Assembly (NCBI GenBank): GCA_963758525.1
Contig: CAVWVQ010000003.1
Coordinates: 1,344,001 to 1,408,000 of the forward strand
Direction: 5' to 3'
Length of the DNA stretch: 64,000 bases
Source: an uncultured Phycisphaerales bacterium
GTDB lineage: Bacteria; Planctomycetota; Phycisphaerae; Tepidisphaerales; Tepidisphaeraceae
Shown in pieces: positions 46,560-54,899 of the stretch. Position numbers and translations under genes: made by a program. The notes under the pieces are model-generated. The model made no database searches. It was given only the letters and a program-made list of their open reading frames with translations, and was not told the DNA's origin. Within the stretch, counting starts at the first letter, position 1; the number at the start of each line of letters is the position of its first letter.

Positions 46560-49216
46560 ATGTCGTTCACGAGAAGTAGCAAGCCGGCCGATGGCTCGGG
46601 TGTGAGTCGAAAAAGGCATCGCCGACACGAAGTCGAATCGCTGGAGTGCCGACGGCTGTTGACGGCGCTGTTGGTCACCACGGCCGACGACTCCATGGGT
46701 CACGCGGGCGAATCGTTGCGTGATGCAATTGCGACGGCCAACGCCGACGCGATTGGCGGAACATCCGATGTGATCACGTTCGATCCAAATCTCAACGGCG
46801 ATACGATCGCGCTCAAACAGGGACAACTGGAACTAGGCACCAACGGCGCCGGCAGCGGCGTCATCACCATCGACGGAGGAAATGGGATCAGCGTTACTGG
46901 CAGCGGCACCAGTCGCGTCCTCCAGGTTGACTCGAACCTCAGCGCGATCTTCGCCGGCCTGACGATCACTGGAGGCAGCGTTTCCGGCGATTCGTCCGCC
47001 GGGGGCATCTATAACCTCGGCACGCTTACGGTCAGCAACTGCACCATCTCGGGAAACTCGGCGGGCATCGCCGGCGGCGGCATTGATAACGAAGGCACGC
47101 TGACGGTGAGCGGCTCCACCATCTCCGGGAACTCGGCCGAGAGCACCGGCGGCGGAATCTCCGGCAGCGGAATCATCACTGTCACCCACTCCACCTTCGC
47201 CGGCAACTCGGTGGCCGGCGGTGATGGCGGCGGCATCTTCAGCTATTACATGTTAACCGTCAGCGGCTCGACCTTCTCCAAAAACTCCGCCGGACAAGGC
47301 GGCGGGATTTCCGCCCTCGGATCGGTCACGATCAGCGACTCGACGTTTTCCGGAAACTCGGCTGCCAACAACAGCGGCGGCGGCATATACGGCGGCAGCT
47401 ACAGCACGCTGACCGTCAGTGACTCCACGTTCTCCGGCAACAAAGCCGATCAGGGCGGCGGCATCGCCATCAACAATACCGCCATGCCGACATTGTTCGG
47501 CACGATCGCAGCCGGCAACACCGCTGACTCGGAATCGGACGGCCCGGATGTTTTTGGCGCCCCGCAGAGCGGAAGCACCTACAACCTCATCGGCGACGGC
47601 ACCGCCATGACCGGCATCAGCAATGGAACCGGTGGCAATCTGATCGGTACCAGCGCTGCTCCCATCGTCCCCGGACTTTTGCCGCTGGCCTACAACGCCG
47701 GTCCGACCGAGACGATGGCGTTGACCGCCAGCAGTCGCGCCCGCAACGCCGGCGGCCCGGTGACGACCCTCAGCACCGTCGCCGACATGACCACAACGAG
47801 TCTGTCAGTCGACCTCGCGGCCGCCATCGCAAGTACGCCTGGCCAATACCTCATTCAAGTCGACAGCGAACAAATGCTCGTCACTGACATCAGCGGCAAC
47901 ACGCTGACCGTCTTGCGAGGATACGACGGCACAATTGCCGCGGCCCACGCAGCGGGCGCGTCCGTTTACCTCGCCACCGACCAGACCGGTGCACCCCGCG
48001 CAGTGCCGCCCGACATCGGCGCATTTCAGTATCGCCCTGGCACCGCCACAAAGCTCACCAAGAATACCACCACGTCCGTCGTGTTCGGCCAAGCTGTTAC
48101 CTTCACAGCTACGGTGGCTCCACCGGTCGCCAGCTCACCACCCCCGACGGGAATGGTCACATTCGAGAACGGCTCGGCCGTGATCGGCATCGCCGCGCTA
48201 AGCGGCGGCGTCGCGACGTTCTCCATCAGCTCTCTCGCGCCGGCGGTCTATTCAATTCATGCGGTTTACGCCGGAAGCAATAACTACCTTGCCAGTGGCT
48301 CCAGTTCGCTTCAACAGACGGTCCGCCCTGCGGCAACCGACACAAAGCTGACGAAGAACACGTCCACTCCAATTCAATATGGTCAGAGTGTGACGTTCAC
48401 CGCCGCAGTGACCCCGGTGATGCCGGGCGCGGGAACGCCAACCGGCGTCGTCACGTTCAAGGACAATGGAGCAACAATCGGAACCGGCTCCATCGGCCAG
48501 GGCATTGCGACCTTTAGCACGACTTCGCTTCCCGTTGGCAGCAATTTGATCACTTCGGTCTACGGGTCAGATAGCAATTTCAACTCCAGCACTTCTGGCG
48601 GGCTCACTCAGACAGTCGACAAAGCTGCCACGGCCACGAAGCTGACCAAGAGCAGCACCACCGTCCTGAAGTTTGGCCAAAGCGTCACCTTCACCGCCGC
48701 AGTGGCCGCATTAAATCCCGTCGCGGGAACGCCGACCGGCACCGTGACGTTCGTCGACAACGGAGCGACGATAGGCACAGGAACGCTCAGCGGCGGCGGC
48801 GCGACTTTTTCGACCCGTTCACTGTCCGTCGGCAGCCATTCGATCACAGCCATCTATGGCAGCGACTCCAACTTCACAACCAGCACGTCGAGCGCGATCA
48901 CCCAGACGGTGAATCAGTCGGCGACGACAACAAAGTTGGCCAAGAGCACGACAACTGCCGTCAAGTCTGGAACGAGCGTTACCTTTACGGCCACTCTCGC
49001 GGCGGTCAGCCCGGCGCGGGAATACCGACCGGCTCGGTGAAGTTCATGGACAATGGCATGCTGCTGGCCACTCAAACGCTCAACGCCAGCGGCGTGGCTC
49101 TCTTCACGACCACGACGCTGCCGGTGGGAAGCAATTCGATCACCGCCATTTATGGAGGCGACGTCGACTTCTCCACCAGTACCTCTGGCGCGGTGACGCA
49201 GACTGTCACGTCATAA
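46560..49216 (+). CDS. Secreted adhesin-like protein: GGGI/FSGN beta-helix repeats, choice-of-anchor Q, four Big_3-like Ig domains (frameshift near 49012)
   Basis: AAGGAGG RBS; ESLECRRLL; ISGNSA..GGGI repeats; GPTETMAL...DIGAFQ; GQSVTFTA..PTG.VTF repeats. Confidence 0.88.
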
Positions 49217-49339
49217 AAAAGGAAGCCGTTTCATTCAGAGCCGGCGGCTCATGGTCAAGGGCGACGAATCTATGAAGATGGCGTGCCGGCGTCAGCGAAT
49301 CACTTGGCTTGCCTTTCTCGAACGCAGCCGCAGGGGCAA

Positions 49340-50560
49340 TCAGTTTGCCGCTTGCGCGAGCTGCAGCCCGTGCTGGTCGGCGGAATCGGCGCGCACGATC
49401 TGGCCGACGGTTCCGGAAGTTCCGACGCTCTGAATTGCCATCACGCGGTTGTCGGCGGTGCCGGCGAAGATGATGCCGTCCTTGTTGTTGATCGCCCAGG
49501 CGGAAAAATAGTTCTGCTTGGAGACGAAAGCGCGCGTGCCGGTGGTCTTGTCGATGGCCGCGATGCTTTGATCGTTGCGCGCGACGTAGACGTACGCGTT
49601 GTCCTCGGCCAGGAATTGCGTGGCGTCGGCGGCGATCCATCGTGGCTGGCGGTCATATTGCGGGCCCTTGCCGGCTTCGACGACGGGCGCGGCCTTATCC
49701 AGCGCGACCAGGCCGACCCCGGGGACCGATTCCAGAACCAGATCCTTCGTCAGCGCCGGCGTGGCTTTGAGCCCGACGCCGGCGAAGTATTGCCATTTCA
49801 CTTTTCCGGTCGTGCGGTTGAGGCAATAGAGTTTGCTGTCGTACGAGGCGACGTACAAACCGTTCTCATCGATCTGCAGATCGCCGTAGATGGGACCGTT
49901 GGTTTGGAAAAATCCGAAGCCCCAGGCCGGCTCGCGATTTTCAACCGACACCGCGGCCACCCGTCCGTCCTCGCCGGCGGCGTAGACAACGTCGCTGAGG
50001 ACCACCGGCGTCGAGGAAGCCGAAACGGAAGGGAACATCAGGCTCCAGCGGACGGGGACGAATTCATGCGTTATGTCCAGACAGACCAGCCGTCCGCCGC
50101 CGGCGAAATCCGCGCACAGGAACAGTTCACCCTTGTACCCGACCGCGCCCGATCGGACCGCGAACGGAAGAGGCGCCGTGCGCACAAACAGGCCGCTCCT
50201 GCGATCGTATATCTGCAGGGCATTGAGAGAGGTGTAGATGATGATGTCTTTCATCAGGACCGGCGGATGCAGGGTGGCGATCCCGCCGGGGATGGGATCG
50301 GCGTGCAGCAGCCTGCCGGTCTCGCGACTGATCACATACGATGTCCCGTTGGCAGCGTAGGCGAAGATGAGATCTTCCCGCACGTAGACTTGCAGGATGC
50401 CTCCGGCATTAGCATCAACGTTGGCCGTCCACTTCTTCATGAACGTGTTGAGCGGAAGCGCCGCCGGGCCGGCCTCCACCAGCGGGGGAGGCGCTTTGGC
50501 GCCGCAGCCGGCGGTCAGCGCGGCAAAAAACAGCGAGAAGATCAGTAGGTGCTTTCCCAA
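49340..50560 (-). CDS. PQQ-like beta-propeller lipoprotein (BamB-like)
   Basis: LTAGC lipobox; YVASYDSKLYCLNRTTGKVKW propeller repeat. Confidence 0.8.
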   Translation of the reverse strand: MGKHLLIFSLFFAALTAGCGAKAPPPLVEAGPAALPLNTFMKKWTANVDANAGGILQVYVREDLIFAYAANGTSYVISRETGRLLHADPIPGGIATLHPPVLMKDIIIYTSLNALQIYDRRSGLFVRTAPLPFAVRSGAVGYKGELFLCADFAGGGRLVCLDITHEFVPVRWSLMFPSVSASSTPVVLSDVVYAAGEDGRVAAVSVENREPAWGFGFFQTNGPIYGDLQIDENGLYVASYDSKLYCLNRTTGKVKWQYFAGVGLKATPALTKDLVLESVPGVGLVALDKAAPVVEAGKGPQYDRQPRWIAADATQFLAEDNAYVYVARNDQSIAAIDKTTGTRAFVSKQNYFSAWAINNKDGIIFAGTADNRVMAIQSVGTSGTVGQIVRADSADQHGLQLAQAAN

Positions 50561-50657
50561 GGTGTGCTCCGAGTAAGGCGCTATGCGGGTTGAACAGGGC
50601 GGGGCGTGCGCGACGTTCCGGGCAAGAAGGAGCAAACTGCGTTTGCACGACTGCAAT

Positions 50658-50680
50658 TGCAGGCTGGAAGCCCGCACCAC
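50658..50680. repeat. Single REP-like palindrome
   Basis: tgcaggctggaagcccgcaccac. Confidence 0.55.
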
Positions 50681-50892
50681 AACGTGATGCCTGGAAATTC
50701 GCGCACGACCACAGGGTGCAAGGATAGCAATTTCGCTTGTTTACGGTCAAACCTAAGCCGGGAATGGCACAGCCGGCAGTTTCAGCCGAGGTGACGACTT
50801 TTGCACCCAGCAGCCCGATAGCTGCAATATTTCGGCAATTCAGGCGTTTTGACGGCAATTCGACGCATCTACGCTTTGAGCAGGAGAAAAAC

Positions 50893-51585
50893 ATGTCAAT
50901 CGCACGTCTGGCTCAAACGCTTTGCCTGATGACGGTTCTCGGCGGCACGACGGCGCTCGCCCGAGCCGACGACATTCCCGCGCCGGCGACCCAGCCCGCC
51001 AATGACCGCCCTGCTCCGGCGGGCGATCCCGAAACGATCGTTCAGCGACTGCGCGAGCAGCTGTCGGCAATGCAGTTGACCGACGATCAAAAACAGAAGA
51101 TCGACGATGCGATGGGAAAGGCGGAGCAGTCACTCAAAACGCTGGATTCTGACTTGCAGAACGCGACGCAATCGCAGCGCGCGCAGCATCTCCGCGACAT
51201 TTTCGACGCTCTTCGCGAGCAGGTCCGCTCGGTGCTGAGCCCCCAGCAGCAGCAGGAACTTCGCCGCAAAATCAACGGCAGCGTGTCCAATCGCCTGCAG
51301 CGCTTGCGCGATGGGCTGTCGAAAATCGATCTTAGCGCCGATCAAAAGCAGAAAGTGAAAGACCTGCTCGAAGATGCGCGGAGCAAAATCGAAGCCGCCC
51401 GCGCCGGCGCCGCCGATGCGGGCAACGACGGCGCGGAGAAGCTTCGTGAAGCCGGGGCAGAATTGCGAGAGAAGCTCGGGCAGATTCTGACCGACGAACA
51501 GCGGCAGCAGTTGCGGGATTACATGGAGAGCAGCGGCGCGACGACAAGCGGCGCGACAACGCAGCCGCAGCCATCGGCGAAATGA
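50893..51585 (+). CDS. Periplasmic Spy/CpxP-like helical protein
   Basis: Signal peptide; repeated LTDDQKQK, LSPQQ, LSADQKQK, LTDEQ motifs; CAGGAG RBS. Confidence 0.75.
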   Translation: MSIARLAQTLCLMTVLGGTTALARADDIPAPATQPANDRPAPAGDPETIVQRLREQLSAMQLTDDQKQKIDDAMGKAEQSLKTLDSDLQNATQSQRAQHLRDIFDALREQVRSVLSPQQQQELRRKINGSVSNRLQRLRDGLSKIDLSADQKQKVKDLLEDARSKIEAARAGAADAGNDGAEKLREAGAELREKLGQILTDEQRQQLRDYMESSGATTSGATTQPQPSAK

Positions 51586-51601
51586 TAGAATCTCGCGAAG
51601 A

Positions 51602-52543
51602 ATGAACCACGACCAACTCTTCAAGGCACTTCTTACGACGTTTTTCGCGGAGTTCGTACAGGCTTTCTTGCCGGATGCGGCAAAATATATCGAGCCTGAT
51701 TCGATCGAGTTTCTTGACAAGGAGATCTTTACCGACATCGCCTCCTCGGAAAGACATGAAGTCGATCTGATCGTCAGGGTCCGCTTCCGCGGCGGCAAAC
51801 CAGCGTTCTTTCTGATACACGTCGAAAACCAAGCCTCCCCGGAAAAAGAGTTCCCCCGGCGGATGTTCCGATATTTTGCCAGACTGCATGAAAAGTATGG
51901 GCTGCCGGTCTTTCCGGTGGCCATCTTCTCGTTTGACAGACCGCTTCGGCCGGAGCCGGATCGATATCGGGTGGCGTTTCCGGAGTTTCGGGTTCTGGAC
52001 TTCGTCTTCCGGGCGATCCAACTCAATCAGCTCGATTGGCGCGATTTTGTCCGCAAACCCAACCCCGTGGCCAGCGCGTTGATGTCGAAAATGCGCATCG
52101 CACCTGGAGACCGGCCGAGAGTGAAGCTCGAATGCCTGCGGATGCTGGCGACCCTGAAGCTGGACATCGCCAGATCGACACTGATCGGCGCATTCATGGC
52201 AAACTATCTGAAGCTGACGTCAGCCGAGACGGCGGTGTATAATCGCATGCTGCAAACGGTCGCTCCGAAAGAACGAAAGGTAGTCATGCAGTTGACGAAT
52301 GAGTGGATCGAACAAGGAGTCCAAAAGGGCTTGCACCAGGGACGCCAGGAGGGTGCGCGGGATCTGGTTATCCGTCTGCTCAAGAGGCGATTCGGCAACC
52401 TTCCGGCGAAATTGGCCAAGGAGGTCAATCGTCTGGACGATGCCACGATGTTCGAATTGGGCGATGCCCTTTTCGATTTTGAGGAGCCGGCAGACGCGCA
52501 ACGTTGGCTCGCACAACGCAAACCCTCGCTTTCCGCTAAATGA
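51602..52543 (+). CDS. Rpn-family (YhgA-like PD-(D/E)XK) nuclease with C-terminal DUF4351-like domain
   Basis: HDQLFK.LL..FF.EF; DL.......FLIHVENQ; F..RMF.Y; G...G.QEG...L.RRFG tail. Confidence 0.85.
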   Translation: MNHDQLFKALLTTFFAEFVQAFLPDAAKYIEPDSIEFLDKEIFTDIASSERHEVDLIVRVRFRGGKPAFFLIHVENQASPEKEFPRRMFRYFARLHEKYGLPVFPVAIFSFDRPLRPEPDRYRVAFPEFRVLDFVFRAIQLNQLDWRDFVRKPNPVASALMSKMRIAPGDRPRVKLECLRMLATLKLDIARSTLIGAFMANYLKLTSAETAVYNRMLQTVAPKERKVVMQLTNEWIEQGVQKGLHQGRQEGARDLVIRLLKRRFGNLPAKLAKEVNRLDDATMFELGDALFDFEEPADAQRWLAQRKPSLSAK

Positions 52544-52584
52544 CGTGCGCGATTACGCGCACGTGCGAGCAGTATGCTGCCCTC

Positions 52585-52637
52585 AGGGCAGCCGCTAAAC
52601 GGTTTTTGGAAGCGCGTAATCGCGCAAGGTCATATAG
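52585..52637 (+). mobile_element. 53-bp IS-end-like repeat, copy 1
   Basis: 50/53 identical to the reverse complement of 59264-59316. Confidence 0.8.
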
Positions 52638-53294
52638 TTGAACAATCGCGTGGGTGCGGAAGCCGCGACATCGCGACCGGAAGATCGGCTCGGTCTGAAG
52701 GTCGCGCAGGCGGTCAACGTCTGCTTCACCCGCATTTACCATCGCCTTGAAATTCGTTCGCCACTGAAGCTTCCCCGAACGGGCAACGCGATCATCGTCT
52801 GCAATCACACCAGTGGACTGGACCCCTTGCTGATCCAGTCGGCCAGCCGTCGGCTGATCGTCTGGATGATGGCCAAGGAATACTATGACGTGAAGTGGCT
52901 TCTCCCTTTCTTCAGAATGATCGAGGCGATTCCCGTCGATCGCGGCCGGCCGGACGCGGCGGCAACCCGCGCCGCCCTCAAAGCGTTGGCCGCCGGCCAT
53001 GTTCTGGGCGTATTTCCCGAAGGGAGAATCGAAGCCTCGCGCGAACTGCTTCCGTTCCACACCGGCATTGCGGTGCTGGCGGCACGAAGCGGTGCACCGG
53101 TCTATCCGGCCTATCTCGACGGCACCCAGCGGGGCAAGGAAATGGGAAGGGCATTTGCCGTCGCGAACCGCGCAACGATTCGCTTCGGGCGGCAAATCCC
53201 CCTGGAAAAACATCGCGGGGGCCGCGAGGAGCTGACTGCCATGGCTCGGAAAATTGAGTCGGCAGTGCGAGAATTGAGCCTCGACGCAAAATGA
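52638..53294 (+). CDS. plsC: 1-acyl-sn-glycerol-3-phosphate (lysophospholipid) acyltransferase; start may be GTG 52650
   Basis: NHTSGLD (NHxxxxD) and FPEG motifs. Confidence 0.88.
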   Translation: MNNRVGAEAATSRPEDRLGLKVAQAVNVCFTRIYHRLEIRSPLKLPRTGNAIIVCNHTSGLDPLLIQSASRRLIVWMMAKEYYDVKWLLPFFRMIEAIPVDRGRPDAAATRAALKALAAGHVLGVFPEGRIEASRELLPFHTGIAVLAARSGAPVYPAYLDGTQRGKEMGRAFAVANRATIRFGRQIPLEKHRGGREELTAMARKIESAVRELSLDAK

Positions 53295-53408
53295 ATCCGC
53301 AAGTCCAGTTTGAATGGCGCCGCTTGGCGCTTATTTTCGCTGCAGTTTTCGCGTTCTAATACCCGATGCATTGAGCAAGAGCGTTACAGTCGGAAAAGTT
53401 TATAAATC

Positions 53409-53436
53409 TTGACTCCGACCTGACCTTTCGTAGAAT
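53409..53436 (+). promoter_or_regulatory. Sigma70-like promoter TTGACT-N16-TAGAAT
   Basis: Near-consensus hexamers in an AT-rich intergenic patch. Confidence 0.6.
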
Positions 53437-53442
53437 TGCTGA

Positions 53443-53529
53443 GTCAGTTGATCTGAAATTGAAGCGCCACGGCGCATTTTCTCCCCTCCGGAAGACACCG
53501 ACCCTTTGAAAGGCGGTGTCTTCTTTTTT
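53443..53529 (+). ncRNA. Candidate ~87-nt small RNA
   Basis: Own promoter, GCGCC-AC-GGCGC hairpin, UUUUCUCCCCUCC linker, terminator; no credible ORF. Confidence 0.5.
53491..53529 (+). terminator. Rho-independent terminator
   Basis: GAAGACACCG...CGGTGTCTTC followed by T6. Confidence 0.8.
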
Positions 53530-53669
53530 CTGCAACGCGGACTGTTATCGGACCTGGCTGACACCCTCGCTTGCCCGCCGGCGTGATCGCGCGTCGTCGA
53601 AGCGCGCAATCGCTCCGCTGCCCATCGCGGCTCCCGCCCCGGAGAAACGCGCTTTACTATTAATGACGC

Positions 53670-54011
53670 TTACCCCGGAGGCCAGGTGAACGGGCGTCCG
53701 CCCAGAACATGCAGATGGATGTGAAAGACAGTCTGCTGTGCACCGCGCCCGCAGTTAAAGACGGTTCGATAGTCGCTGTGACCCAAGCGCTTCATGAGCT
53801 TGCCAGTCAGCAGAAACATCCCGCCGACCAGATCGGCATCGGCCGGTTCGAGGTCGTTGAGGGTGGCGATCTGCTTTTTTGGAATTACCAGCAGGTGCAC
53901 TGGCGCCTGCGGGCTGATGTCGTGGATCGCAATGTAGCGATCATCCTCGTGCTCGATGCGGGCTGGGATCTGGCGGGCGATGATCTTCGAGAACAGGGAT
54001 TCCTCAGCCAT
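53670..54011 (-). CDS. Histidine triad (HIT/HinT) nucleotide-binding protein
   Basis: LFSKII; DISPQAPVHLLVIPK; QTVFHIHLHVLGG...WPPG. Confidence 0.93.
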   Translation of the reverse strand: MAEESLFSKIIARQIPARIEHEDDRYIAIHDISPQAPVHLLVIPKKQIATLNDLEPADADLVGGMFLLTGKLMKRLGHSDYRTVFNCGRGAQQTVFHIHLHVLGGRPFTWPPG

Positions 54012-54089
54012 GCCGGAGTTCTCGCGCATGCGACAGGGGTTGTCAACCGCGCGCTTGTGTTCAGCGACATGGTTTCTACACTCCCGGCG

Positions 54090-54887
54090 GTGCCGATTGA
54101 CCTGACGACATTTGACGCGGTTCTGCTCGACCTGGACGGAACCGTTTATCACGAGGAGCATGCACTGCCCGGCGCCGTTGATTTGATTCACCGGCTGCAG
54201 CGGCAGGGCAAGCCGTACGCGTGCCTCACCAACAGCACCAGCAGCCCGGAGCGGATCGTCGCGCGGCTGTCGCGAATGGACATCGACGTGGACGCCGCTC
54301 ACGTCTATACAGCTGCCGCGGCCGCGGCGGACTATGTCGTGCAACGATTCAGCGCGGGCGGACAACGGTCCAGGGTCTTTAATCTGTCGACGGAAGGCGT
54401 TCACGAGATGCTTGATGGCCGGGTGCGGTGGATCAATGGCGCCCAGGAGGCGTGTGATGCGGTGATCTGCGGCGTGCCACTCAATGTTTTTGCCACGACC
54501 GAGCGGCAGCGGACGGCGATGCTTTTGCTGCGGGCAGGAGCCGCGCTGGTGGCGATCTGTGCCGACCGCGTCTACCCCAGCCCGCGCGGGCTGGAGTTTG
54601 GCGTCGGCGCCATGGCGGCGATGCTCGCCTATGCGTCTGGCGCAACTCCCATCGACTGCGGAAAGCCGCAGCCGCTCTTTTTCCACGAGCTGTGCAACCG
54701 TCTGGGCGTGGAGCCGCAGCGATGCGTGCTGATCGGCGACAACCTCGAGAGCGACATCGCCGGCGGCAAGAGTGTTGCGATGAAGACGGTGCTGACGCTG
54801 GGCGGAGTCAGTTCGCGGCAGGATGCTGAGGCGCTGCCGCCAGAACGGCGGCCGGACTGGATCATCAACGATCTGCGCGATCTCTAA
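54090..54887 (+). CDS. HAD-IIA (NagD-like) hydrolase
   Basis: DLDGT, LTNS, GKP, IGDNLESDI; alternative ATG at 54069. Confidence 0.9.
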   Translation: MPIDLTTFDAVLLDLDGTVYHEEHALPGAVDLIHRLQRQGKPYACLTNSTSSPERIVARLSRMDIDVDAAHVYTAAAAAADYVVQRFSAGGQRSRVFNLSTEGVHEMLDGRVRWINGAQEACDAVICGVPLNVFATTERQRTAMLLLRAGAALVAICADRVYPSPRGLEFGVGAMAAMLAYASGATPIDCGKPQPLFFHELCNRLGVEPQRCVLIGDNLESDIAGGKSVAMKTVLTLGGVSSRQDAEALPPERRPDWIINDLRDL

Positions 54888-54899
54888 ATGAACCTGACG

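Noticed and set aside
49217..49320. 6S-like RNA between convergent genes
   Set aside because: Pairing is partial and the region is short; more simply a terminator or degenerate inverted repeat
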